NCBI GenBank assembly: GCA_003344405.1 | Contig: NOWV01000165.1 | Location: forward strand, 62,001-126,000 | DNA length: 64,000 nt | DNA from: Trichoplax sp. H2 | Taxonomy: Eukaryota | Reading direction: 5' to 3' | In this document: piece after piece, positions 25,101 through 38,700 of the stretch | Layout of the letters: the number at the start of each line of letters is the position of its first letter | Position numbering within the stretch: the first letter of the stretch is position 1 | The notes under the pieces: model-generated | Database searches by the model: none | Told to the model about the DNA's origin: nothing | What the model saw: only the letters and a program-made list of their open reading frames with translations | Program-made: the position numbers and the translations under genes

Positions 25101-28100
25101 TCTTATAAATGGGCAATTTCCCTTAAACTGCGTTATTAAAATTTATTTATTAGTGGTCAAATAATGTCCTAAAATTGTTTCACCTAAGTGTATATTAAGG
25201 ACTAAAATCTCACGAAGTACAGTAACACAATGAGAAGAGACACTTTCTCTTCCTATCACTTTTACTGTTATACCGCTACGCCGGTAATAAAGACTAGAAT
25301 CATTCTAGAGTAAAATCACTAGGCAATCTGCTATAAAAGAACCATGCTTCCTTTAGCGATCCCTAACCAACTATGCATAGTAGTCAGTGTAACCCACGAA
25401 GAACTCGGAGAAATCACTAAAAAGCACTTTATTCATCATTGACGCGGTCTTAAACAGATATTTAATATTATGATAGCTCCAACCGCATCCAGAGTTATAA
25501 TTTTAGTAAATTTTCTAATGAACGCCAGCGCATCTAAAATATATCATTCAGGACTTCTTAAAAATCCGGTCTAGCTCTGTCAATTACCACATTTCTATCG
25601 CATGAATTACTACTACAATTTAGCATAATTTTGTATTAAATCTCCATAGTTGACATATAAGCTATAATCAGTAATTTTAGATAACAAACTGTGTTAGCAC
25701 CTACGAATAATTCAAGTACTGTAGACAGACTATTTTCAATCCTAAGACGTTCAAATTTAGGTATAATCTAAATATAATCAGGGCTTAATTTACTACAGTC
25801 TTTACGATAAATTTCCTATTAAGTCAAATATGAACTTATCTTTCTAAAAGTTAACAGTTGATTATCTTTCAAGGTATTTTACTACCGTTGACAGTGTGTA
25901 ATTAAGTTTTCCATAGTGTATTACTCGTTTCTAGATTACAGTATATTATAGTTCTTAGTTCATACATGTTCCATATCAGCAATACTGCTTAGTCATATCG
26001 TTATCATACGTTATGAAGATATTGATATTCTAACAGTAATTAATAACAATATTCTACGTAGCATGTTGTTCTTTTCCTATTGTTTATAAGTTACGGATTC
26101 TATGAAAGCCACTTATCTTACTAAAAGTGTGTTCTACTATTCACCCGTTCTTGAGTAGGTTATTCTCTTCAATAAACTACATTAATAACTGCTTTGTCGT
26201 CAGTATCATTATGTGTGGCCGACCAATGATAACATTTCCCAAGAAAGTTAGCGAACGGCTTAAGATGATATGATTACTGTCATTATTTCTTGTGTATTCT
26301 TCAAAGTAACACCGTTTGATTTCCCAATCCAAAAAAGAATCTTGTTCTGCACCATTGTCTCTTAATTCTTACATACAAATTAAACTTTTTATATAATAAA
26401 GATTTATAATATATCCTATAAGTATATAAGATATTGCCGCCTAGTCATCAGAAATAGTAATAGAGAAAAATATTGATTTGCAATAGTTTTGATGCACTGC
26501 ATAAAAGTGGAAATTCGATTGAAATTATCACAAGATTTCCAAAAACTCATAGTTTAATTCCGCTAAAATGTAGGACGCGGTATCATTTATCCAATCTTTA
26601 TTGATCTTCCGAATTCTCATTGCCTTCTTCTCAATACTGAATGTAATTCGCGAGCTATTTCAATTAATTCAAGAGGTAAGACAATATATGCTTATCATTG
26701 TTACATTATTTAAGTGCTGTAATTTTAGGATCATTCATTTAAGACTCTGTCTAGACTGATTTCAAACTGTGTCGTACTATGTTCTTTTTTTAATAAGCGA
26801 GGACGCTATTTTATGTGCTTCGAAAACTATTTTGAGCTAGCTCTTCATGCTATGGTCATCATTTTTATTGCGGATGGTAACACTAATCCAACTACATGGT
26901 CCATTGGTAGCATCGCCATTCAAATGGCAGTTTTCGAATTAGTCATATTTCTAAGAAAGTAAATTATCAGCATTTTTCTAGCAGCGTTTTAAATGTAATG
27001 TGTATTTAATTTACTGCATTATCTTGAACTGATGCAACAATAACGTAATAAATTCATTTACAGATGTAGTTATAATTTAAAATAGTATTGTAATTGGATT
27101 AATTTAATAAAAGAAGGATTAATATTTATCGCATTATTGAAGTAACAAATATCCATTCACAGGCTACCAGTTATTGGAAAGTATGTACTTATGGTTCGAA
27201 CTATGACTCGTACCATCGTAAAGGTATAGTTATGAACGGTCATAGCTAAGATAGCATTTACCACCGTAATTTGATTTTATCGTTTTATCTTAGTAGCAGA
27301 TATCCATGTTTTTACGAAATAAAAATATATGCCCATGGCTCACCTTTAAAATATTAATCATTTTCAATTAGGTACTCGTTATTGTACTTATATTGGTATT
27401 TGGTTATGCTATTAGCTTTAATATGCTATGCAGTCGTCAGGTTTGTAAAGTAGACATGTAAGATTTCAATTTCAATATCTATGCTTATGGTTAATCTGAC
27501 AAATCCATCTTTCTCGTTATTACCGCAATTATAATTAAAATAACATAAACTTCGATCTAATCTGTAAAATTACAGGACTTTAAACAATCATCATTAATAC
27601 TCAAAATTTATTAATAATATCAGGCAGCATTCTACAATATGCCTCTATCGTTTATTAAAGTTATCGATATGATGATCGGTGAGATCGACTATAAAGATCT
27701 CTTTCTAGATGGCGTTAAAAGCGGAAAAATTCCTTTCCCAGCTGGCATCGTGACATTTTTTCTACTAATGATTTTTATCTTAATAATGCCGATATTAATC
27801 ATGAATTTGATGGTAATCTGTTTAATTTATTATACATGGTAATAAAGGCAAATAGGAATGGAATTAATATGATTTTCATTTTATTTATATGCAGATCGGT
27901 TTAGCTGTAGGAGACATCGCTGAAATGGAAAGGGAAGCTTCACGACGTCGATTAGTTGATTTGATTCTTTTTTTTAATAGTATCGAAAAGGGTGTACCCA
28001 AATTTTTACGTAAAAACTGTAAATTAATCAAATTTACTTGCACTGAAAAAGGAAATGTAGAGGTATCATACATTGCTTGATATTAGCAGTCACAATCTTA

Positions 28101-28480
28101 AGCCTTAATATCATTTCGCGAATTTCTAAACCTAATTTAGTCTTAGATAGCTACTTACTAGCTGCATTTATTGAAAGTTACCGAAAAATTTTATCATTAT
28201 CTTAAATGTAATAGGTCAATAAATTAGATGCAAACGAAGCCAAGCAAAAACAATACTATGAATCTATCGAGCAGCACATGAACAAAATCGAGCGTATACT
28301 ATTAGACCAGCAATCAAGGTTTAGCGAATAAATTCTTGATAATCGCTTTAGCTGTATTACTAATTCATATCTAAACCATAATATTATTGTCAATCTCTTA
28401 AATATTGCAGACTAGAAACTATCGAAGCTAAATTGGAATCTGCAGGAAAATCTGAAACACCACCATTAAATGAAGAATGA
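16132..28480 (+). CDS. TRPA1-like: Gene C: complete TRPA1-like channel, 26 exons; closest paralog of gene D
   Basis: Exons 16132-16218, 16638-16800, 16961-17136, 17629-17736, 17841-18047, 18182-18229, 18450-18623, 20773-20973, 21089-21172, 21275-21357, 21606-21767, 21908-22019, 22268-22437, 22851-22935, 23119-23184, 23447-23539, 24292-24362, 24510-24750, 26574-26675, 26798-26958, 27163-27223, 27372-27440, 27624-27812, 27895-28062, 28215-28318, 28411-28480 (TGA). Intron phases match gene B; pore IDMMIGEIDY; S6 MNLMIGLAVGDI. Confidence 0.92.
18991..19010. other. Assembly gap (20 N)
   Basis: Run of N. Confidence 1.
19011..19638 (+). repeat. Near-identical second copy of gene C exon 7 (19019-19192) and intron 7 without the Helitron; probable alternative-haplotype contig
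   Basis: 19011-19335 matches 18442-18765 and 19336-19638 matches about 20066-20368, with scattered SNPs. It is bounded by N gaps on both sides. Confidence 0.85.
19639..19658. other. Assembly gap (20 N)
   Basis: Run of N. Confidence 1.
24822..24847. repeat. Perfect 26-bp palindrome in gene C intron 18
   Basis: ACGAAACAGCTTT|AAAGCTGTTTCGT is its own reverse complement. Confidence 0.95.
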
Positions 28481-29250
28481 AGTTTTTAATTTTGTATTTT
28501 TATAACCATACAGTACAATAATTATAGTATATTGTACTTGTATGTATATACGCATGAATCTTTAGAATTTGCCTCATATCTAAGTGTGCTATGGAAATAA
28601 AATAGGAACTACTTATATGCAGTACAGTATGATGCTACAAACGCCATATTCTGGATTATTGGATATTCTTAGTTTGTTAGTTTCGTAGATTAAAAATATT
28701 AGATTTGATCATATAGATATTGGGTATGTTTTTAACATACAGTCGAATATTGACATACTAAGCCTACTAAATATGTTAGATTAAATAATATATACGCACT
28801 CTTTATAATTTAGCAGCATTGTGAAATCAGTAAAATCTTAATGCTACTCTGTAACAAATAGACTAAACTACCATATCGACGTTAACTACCGTATATCACT
28901 GAAATCGGTTTGTTCGGTATGTTCTACTAACGATCACTGCTATTGATCATTTCACTGCTTACACAAGTAATATTATTTTTAACTTCGAGAATATGGATAT
29001 GTAACGAACTATCGCTCTTAATACGATGGCAAAACATGGAATACATCATACATTTTTAGACTAGCGAAATATATTGGTACACCTATGAACCGACAAGTAT
29101 TGTATCTATAAATTGTCAATTAACAGGCTATAATAATATCATCTATTAATGTGCATTATTAAGAAAAAATATCTGCAGTAAGAAAGCAATTATGCTCATT
29201 CTAGAATGAGATCTATATGCTGTTCGAGTACTTGCAAAGAAGAGCAGCAA

Positions 29251-29271
29251 GAGCTAATTTCGACGTCATAG
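29251..29271. promoter_or_regulatory. Conserved upstream 21-mer with a CRE-like core, upstream of gene D
   Basis: Identical to 15545-15565. Confidence 0.4.
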
Positions 29272-29701
29272 GAAATAAATATATGACGTACATCATCCAA
29301 ATTACCAGCATGCAATATAATGAAGAACTAGAAGTAATATCAGAATGAGTTGAGATTAAATTAATACCTATTTGTTAGCATTGTTTGTTTATAGTACCAT
29401 ATTGTGAAATATAATTAGACGAAATTGATAAAAGCTTAATTGAAAAAGATCATGATATAAAGGAGAACGTTTTCAGTTGCATATTTGAGCCATGTAAATG
29501 TGTAAACGGTTATATTTATTTACAATCTGTTGCCTTATGGAAATAAACAATAATTGAATTAAAATTCTGTCAATAATCCCCAAAAATAGCGATTTCAAGC
29601 GATAACTTCAAAATAAAATCCAGCTATTGAAATCCTTCCTTTCGATAGTATTATTATCGGTTCAAGTTTACTTATATTTTGATGCACTAAGTTGTACAGT
29701 A

Positions 29702-32700
29702 ATGGAGATGTTTAGAAGATCAGATTGGTCGAAAACTTCGGTTTTATTTAGTAAAACAAGGAATACAGCTGCTCACGATATACTGCAAGTAAGATCAAAT
29801 ACCACGTTGTTTTATTGTCTATTACTTTTAATACAATAACTAAACTAAACTAAGCGCGAATGCTAGTAGTCTGAAATGAGGCTATCTTAGATACCTAGAG
29901 AGCATTTCTGCTCATTGAAATGCAATTTATATTCAACTTTTCCAGGCCTGCTTGCCGCTATTTTATGTATTATTATTAACTTAGTCGTCTCTTAGCATAC
30001 AATACTTTCATAAAATTTAAGTCTTTTGCTGGTTTAATAACGGTAAAGTTAGCATAGATATCATCAATTCGCATAAATCTCTACCGTTTAATTAAAAATT
30101 CTCCGTGACCACGATAGCAATTCTTTACTAAAATCATGATCATGCAAACATATCGTCTTGCCTTCTTTGCTATCATATCGAAAATTTTATCAACCTATTC
30201 ATTACTCTCTATGCTAACGCTAATATTAGGCTGCAAAAAGTAGTGATATGCTGCTTTTACAGCAAGTTCTACCAAATGAAGGAATCGAAATATTTGCTAA
30301 CCAACTAGACCGCGATCGTTTAGCCCCATTACACTATGCGGCAAGAGGTGGTAATGTTGAACTCATTGAAGGTTTAATTGCAAGAGGTGCAGGTTCGTTA
30401 ATCATCCACTAGTAACTACTTACAATGCAACAGATTTGATAATATTGACAGTATTATAATTATTAATCATGAATCAATATGCATTATAATTATCAAATGC
30501 TAGACAATGAATGCCACTGGACCTGACTATTTCTTTATTATTTCGCCTTAGATATTAATATTAAAGGGCTAAATGACATAACACCACTACATTTGGCCTC
30601 AAAGTATAACAGATATGCAGCTGTAAGAGCACTACTAATGTTTAATGCTGATATAGAAGCTAAAGATACAAATTCTAATACGGCAATGCATTATGCAGCA
30701 AGAGGTGGAAATGAGAAGATTTGTGAGGTAAAACCGGAAAATATTATCGGTATTCTACTCCGCCAGTTTAAATAGTGTAGTCATTAGTAGCTATTGTCGG
30801 TACTATGAATCCTTTTAGATCATTATGTAGAATACCACCGTTAAAAATTTACATCTACAGCTATATAGCGATTCTTTACTAAAGTTACTAATGTAAATCA
30901 AGATACAAAACATGCATTACCTGAAATCCAAGATTTATCGTACTTACTATAGCAACAACTAGGATATAAAAGTTGAAGACGACAGCTTAATTTGGAAAAT
31001 TCAAAACAAAATTATAAAGTAAAATCAGTCGCAACAAAAAGTTATTGATACATTTATATTCTAATGATTGCTTTAAGGTTAATGAGAATAAAAATGCTTT
31101 ACACTAGAATATGATTTCGTAATCAGTTACTCATTGCTGTTCATAATAACACTTTACTAAGAAATACGTGGCATTATTCCCTAAGAGTCTTAAAATGTTC
31201 GATTTCAAGAGATTTAAATGATAACTATGAGCATAGTATTACCATTCCAAGTAGTAAAATAAAATACTCAAATAGTTCGATTTTGCTTATCATGCTTATC
31301 AATCACCTTATAGGAAATACTCAACAAGCGCCCATCCTTAATTGATAATGTAAATGCAGATGAAATGACACCTTTCCATTTCGCTTGCATTGCCAATCAC
31401 GAAGCAATTTGTATCTGCCTGGTAAGATATAGAATCAACTATCCAAGTCAATAGATTTTAGAGTAAATATTTTAAAAGAGGTAAGAAGATAATTCAATGC
31501 CATATCCAATCAACTGTTATTAAAGATTGAAAGAGGAGCAGATATCTTACGTAGAACTGCTGATGGCAGTTTGCCGATTCACTTGGCCGCTAGCAAAGGG
31601 AATACTACCCTGATGGAGCTATTGTTGAGCACTGGGGAGGCAAGATATGAAGGTCGTGAAAATCATATTATAGAATGCAATCATGATGGTGCCACCGTTT
31701 TACATCGAGCAACTCAATGTGGCCAAAAAGAGGTAGTTAAGGCTATTTTAGTCTATACCTCTTCTATGATTGTTTACTCTAACACGAAATTAGTTATACT
31801 TGAGACAGTAGCTTAGTGCGTATAGCTTGATATTTATAACTGACAAGAAGCGATAGAAATAATTTTTGTAACAAGTACCGGAACCTAACATGTTTCGAAT
31901 TATTAGTCTGTAGCTAAATGCCTCTACATGGCAGTATGTATCAAGGATAGTCCTGGTAACAAATACCTTATACACTTCAAAAAACTAGTCTATAGCTTAA
32001 TTAGCGTTCGTGATTGACAATGGCTGATAAGATATAAGAAGAAAACTCTTTGCAAACAAGTGCTTTAGGTGCTTTATAAAACATTAGCCTACAGCTTTGA
32101 TATATTTAATTGACACACAACAACACCAACATTCTTAAAACTAGAGTATCTTATGTTGTATAACTGGAAAAATTAGTCTATTACAGCCTAACATGTCAAT
32201 TGATATCAAACAGCAATCTTCTATGCGTAAAATATCAACATCTACTTTAAAAAAACTAGCTTGCTTTCAAAATTCTTACTCGACAAACGGTAAGAATAAC
32301 ATTTACATTCACAGCCTATAAGCAATAGGCATCTTCCTTGCACGCGAAATCCTTCGATACTTCCCAAATTATTCCATAGCATAATATTCGAATGGAATAA
32401 TGAGCAATAATTATCATGTAAATTTCTTCAACTATCAAACTAATCCTGCTAAATTAACTTGATAGGCTGTCATTTTTGCCTTAAATGCCGGCGCCGATAC
32501 TTCCTTAAGAGATGTAAGCCTATTTTTGTTGAATTCTTAAAGAAAAAGTATCTATATTATGAAGTATCAAGTCAAATGCACTTGAATATCATGCAAGAAT
32601 GCGATAGAGTTAACGAGTTGCAGTGAAGCCCTAAATAAGCTTAAGACTAAGACTATGGAATAATGAAAAAATTGATAAATTTATACGTTAGGTTGTAAGA

Positions 32701-35700
32701 CTGCATAGGTGTCTAATTGTGGAAGATGTTTACCGTACGTCTTGTAGTAATTTTATTGAGATGTTTATATTATGATTCTGAGATAATATTAGATAGCGTT
32801 AATTATGCTAGTACTGTGAGATTTGTATTGTGACGCTTTAATTAGAAGTGCAAATTATGAATTGATAGCGCGATAGTAAATAGATATGAACTTATAACTT
32901 AATTGGTAAGATATGATTGTGCTTGAAAGAAAATCATTGTGCAACTAATTATATATAAATTGTGAATATTGCTGTGATAGTTCATATAGTCCAGAGACAG
33001 TCTGATTGCAGTTAGCTAGTCCTTGATAGTTCTAAGACGAACCTAATCTTATGTAATAAAGTAAAGTTTACAAGGAACTGTAGTTCTTTTATATTTTTGA
33101 GAAGACACTTTATCACACTAGCTTAACCAACCAATCTACATACGATAATAGTATTGTTCTATAAAGATTGTGAATACGCGCAGTCTCTTACTTTATATCA
33201 TATAACGATGACTCTTGAAATTTTTTCTTTTCAATCTTCTAACAGAAAAATGGCTATACACCATTACATATTTTAGCTATTACTGGCAATTGTGAAATTT
33301 GTCAAATCTTGATTGATAGAAGAGCTGCTGTTGATGCTCGTGATAACGAACAGCGGACGCCATTGCATCATGCTGCATCATTGAATCATTGCGACATAGG
33401 AGAGATTTTAGTCAATGCTGTAAGACATTGACTTAATTTACTATACAGATATTTGATTATGTTAAAAAATAAAATAATAAAGCCGCAATACCCTCTAGTC
33501 TTCATAATTTAAAATGAAATTTGTGAGAGTTTGACTGTTATAATCTCTATTCAGATACCACATTTCTATAAATAGCAAAATTTTAAATTAAACTCGCATA
33601 AGATAGTAAAAAATTGCCTTGTTCTTCACCTACAGTTAGCATTTACTTTATAATAGAAAAATATTTGACTATCTGGTAATCTCTACTTAATCATTTTTTC
33701 AATTAGGGCGCTAATATTGATGCCATAGATTCAAAGTGCAAAACACCTCTAATTTATGGAATCTCCAGAGGTCGTTCAGAAATAGTTCGATATTTGCTCC
33801 TGTCAGGTAGCAAAGTTGAAGGAGTTGATGCAAAAGGCAGAAATTGCCTACACTTAGCCGTAACAGGATCCTTTGAAGATTTTGAAGTGATTGATCGTCT
33901 GCTGACGGCAAGATAATCCACTAAATCATAATAAAAATTTTCATCGTATTGACTTTATTCTGACCCTTAAGCGGAAATTTTATACGATTAATTTAAATTT
34001 ACTCTTAGCTTTATGTTTAGAAAGAATCGAAGGAGATATTAAATGCTACTGATCATCAAGGAAGAACGCCCTTTCATTATGCTTGTCATAAGGGATGCTA
34101 CAAGGTTCTAGAGAGTATTGATCTAAGTCTTGTCATTGCTATCGTGATTACTTGTGCTTTTACATTTCGAGCTAATAAGATAATTTATTATACTGGATCA
34201 GATTTTCGAGAAAATGCTCCAGTTTCAGCCCAATTTATACATCGCCGATGAAGATGGCAACAACTGCTTTCATGCAGCATGCTTGTAATTTCATAGTAAA
34301 CTAGTAGTAGCACTTTACTACAACATTTTAGAAGGAATCCTAAGTCATTAACATTATCCCGAACTATTCATGAAATAATTTACAGCACGATATATAATTA
34401 ATTTTTCTAAGTACTTAATTATGGTATATAGTACGCTGTATGCACTAACAAATAACAAGGTTATTTGTTTTCGGAGATATTTATACCTATTAAACTAGTA
34501 TAAAGATTGATCACAATGATGCTTTTATCTGATATTAACAGAGCTGGACAATATGAAATTATCAAAGCATTGATCTGCCACTCTCCCGGTCTACTATGCA
34601 GCGAAGGCGAACGTAATTACACTGCTTTACATATGGCCGTAGCTTACGGTTGTCCCTTTACGGTGGAAATTCTACTAGATCGAGGAGCTGATACTTATAG
34701 AAGGCAAGTATCCATAATCTGATCATCTTTTTCAGTTTTCGAATTATTTTGCTATTAAAATTCAATATAATGAGCCCGCAGTATGTATTATAAGCCTCCT
34801 ATTTTATCTGTTAATACTTATTTATGCATTTATTGGGGGATAAATATATAACTAGGGATTGCAGCTATTCTACGCCTCTAGATATCGCTTGTACGAAAGG
34901 TTTTTCTCATATTGTTGAAATTTTAATCAACTATGGTGTAGATATAAACTCCGTTAACAAAGCTGGGGTAATATTCGCTATATCCGTAATATTAAATTGA
35001 TTGCATGTATGATATCAAACCATTTAAAAGCCAATTCATATGGTACGATTGATATAATTTACTCGAAATCTAAAGTGCCGGTACACGCACTATCTTTTCA
35101 AGATGATATTTTATCTAAATTGCCTTAGATCATGCCATTATCTTAATTTTAACTGCCAGTAACATGCAAATTCTGATCAATATTAATCAAAAGATTTTGC
35201 ATATAATATAATTTTCCTCATGATAGGAATCAGGATTGCACGTAGCAGCTCAATACGGCCATACTGAAATTATAAAGCAACTTATAGATAGCGGTGGTGA
35301 TCTATCATTAGAAAATGTTAAGGGGAAGAATCCTTTAGAAGTGGCCATCCAATGTTATCAACAAGATGTCGTTACTTTGATGGTAACCTCATTAAGGTAT
35401 ACGAACATTACTACTAAATAGGAAATACAATTTATTATCTTATAACTATCGATATATTTAACAAGCTTTATACTAGGACATTTCTATTCGCAACTACTTA
35501 CAGTAATTATTGACTATTATTAGATTGTGAACTTATGAATCAGTATAACTTTAGTAGATTACATTGAGCGGAGTATTATACTTAATAAGCACAAACAGTA
35601 CAAGACTATTTGTGATGTTTCGAAAGATTGAGTGCCTGTCATAATCGCAAGAAATTGCAAGAGAACAATTTCCAGAAATAGTGGTCTTTATTGCCGTTAT

Positions 35701-38700
35701 TATGAGAAGTAGTGTAAGAGCGTGCATAAATGGTGTGAACTAGCCGAATAGATATAGTAAAGCAGAATGGATGAAACTTGCAAATTTACTGTTTAACTTG
35801 TAGAACTAACTAACAAACGAGATGCTATAGACACATACAGATAGGTTTTATATAGTGAGAACCAAGGCTGCAAGAAGTTATTTATAAATGCGAATGAGTA
35901 ATAAAAATAACCTACTTCTAGGTTAGGATAGTTCTATAATACAATCCAACTAGAGTATAATTAGATTTCCACCGTGTAAATTGGTAAGTGTACAGTAGAT
36001 CATACATTCGCTTATACGATGTTATGCTACAACACAGTGGAAATTAATCTTACTAAGAATAGGCTATAGCGTATATAGAAGCATACACTACACTTCTAGT
36101 CGCTTAAACTACGAATCTAACAATAATAGCATACTTGGATTACATTCCGAATTAAAAATTTTGATAACTAATCTGCTGAATGCTAATAGCAAGGATTAAT
36201 TTCATAACCGATTCATCCGAAATATTAACGCGAGCACAGATATAGTAGCTACGCGTTTGCAATATTTTCCTTATTAAATTGATAACAAAATCAATCTATA
36301 AATCATTTACGTGTGTATCCAACTATCAGGGAAAAGGATCTCTTATTAAAAGTTGGAGAAGGAGACATAACAACTTTTCAATCTATCATTCTAGCGATGC
36401 CAGAAGTAGCCGAGGTTATATTTATTATATATAAAATTTTTACTAAAACTACGTCACTATATTATAATAGCGATAGCTGGTCAATATCATATTGAGATAA
36501 TCTCCACTGAAATTAACTTTTAGCAATCTTTTCTGAATATATTTATGTATTGTATGACCTATTCAATTTTACTTCTCTGCAGAACATAATGGATAAATGT
36601 ATCACAAAGATCGCCTCATCAGATATCAAAAATAAAGAGAAAATTATGGTAAATTTCATAACTGATATCCATCTTAGTATAATCAGCCTGCAGCCAAATC
36701 AAATGACATTTTAAGCTCTTAAATACTATAGTTGTCATCAGATTATGCAGCATTTCGAGATGTATTAACCAAGAGTCAGATTTGGTAAAGCTCTGCAACA
36801 AATCTTTGCATAATCGCTATATTTTTTGTTTTCAATGAAAATATTATCCTTCCAAACTTGAACAATTTATTTCTTTGTAGCCTAACTTCATGTTTGTCTG
36901 TATTTTTGCCTTAAGGTCCAATATGACTGTACATTACTTGAGCCTGGTATTGAATTTGAATATTCCCATGGAGCTCCAAATGGAATCGGTAGCTTTAATG
37001 CTTTATTGGTGAATATGAAACTTTACGTCCTGTTTATCACTACAATTTTCAATTTTTATCTATAAATTCCTTTCAGTTGAATATATGTTATAGCAGTATT
37101 ATAGTTACGGTACATGTAAGTTAGTTAGTTTGTATTTTTAGCAACATTCTAAGATAAATACCAATATCAGAAGCCAAATATTAACCCAAAATCTAATAAA
37201 ACCATCTGCATCTCCATATATGCTATCTACATTAGGTATAATATTAAATTTATATTATAAATTGCTTGCTATGTATTATATTCCGTCTAGCAAGTATTTC
37301 TAATTAAAAGCGTTATAAACGGCTATCATCGAAGTATATATGAGTATACATACAATATTCTTACCCAGCAAGAGGTGGCTAGTAAAATAAAATCAAGTAC
37401 CATAACTCGTACTGAAAGCTGAACAATGACGTACACTGAAATATTGTGAAATAAACTCTCATTTGATTGTATTCCATACTTTGTAAATAGCCTAGTGAAA
37501 CATAAAGCTAAGGAACAATGCTACTGCACCTTTCTTAGTAGTTCAATAGTATTTTAGCACATTCAGTGACGTAAGTATAGAACTGAAAGAATGATCTGGC
37601 CAAGTAACAATCATTGCATTACTTCATACCAATATTAATAATTGTTGCACTAAGGATCTCATTCTCTTAGACCATAGCAAGATCAAGTCGTACTCACTTG
37701 TTGGAGCACCCTTTATGTAGTAAACTCCTGAATGCCAAATGGTAAATACGAAATAAATAATAAAACTGATTGCATATTAGTTTATGCAAGCGTTGTACTT
37801 TATCGTATTATAATTGTTAATAAAATTTAAGATTTTATCATGTAATGTTTATTAGATTCATTCGTAAGATTTGTATTGCTACTTTTAATAGGAGAAATTA
37901 TGGTCGATTTGTTTATTTTCTAAACCTGGTCATCTATATCGCCTTTGTTTCATGCTTAGTTATGTACGCAATTAATATAGAATTGTTCTATAAAAGCCAA
38001 ACTGGAAACATAATAGTGTTCAAGGGACTGCAGCCACAATCAATTATTTCGAGTGTATCAAACTCAGCATCTCCTACTATAACTATTCCATTTGGCGATG
38101 GTACGAGTAATAATATGACGTCTTTGCATCATGTAAGTCCATAAGCCAGATATTCAGTTACACGTATAAGCTTTTCATTAGTTTAAAGTATCAGGAGTAG
38201 CTTTCTTGTAATTACATAAAGTTTAGGTACAGTATGCATTCAAAAATTAGAGAATAAAGTAAACTATTGACTTGTATTGGCATTCATACACTTAACCTAG
38301 AGGCTATCCGATTGAAATTATCGCAACATTGCCATAAGCTCGTCATTTCATTTCGTTAAAATCTAGAACGAAGTGTCTTTTATTGGATCTTTATTAATTC
38401 TCCGAATCCTTATTGCTATCTTTTCGACATTGAATATTATTCGAGAAATATTTCAATTAATTCGAGAAGTAAGACTGTATACTGTAGAGCCATCAACGTT
38501 AGGTTTTTTTAAAGCTGTAATTTTCGTATCATTCACTCAAGACTTTATCTATACTAATCTTAAACGATTTTATACTTATATTCTATTCTTAAAATAAGCG
38601 AACAGGTTATCTTATGTCCTCTGAAAACTATTTTGAGTTAGCTCTACATGTTATGGTCATCATATTCATTACGAGTGGCAACACTAATACAACTATATGG

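Noticed and set aside
28596-28601. AATAAA polyadenylation signal after gene C (another at 53450 after gene E)
   Set aside because: The hexamer is frequent by chance at this AT content and is not conserved in the aligned 3' region of gene D.
35580-36110. piggyBac element suggested by flanking TTAA
   Set aside because: No CC...GG terminal inverted repeats, and TTAA is very common in this AT-rich DNA.
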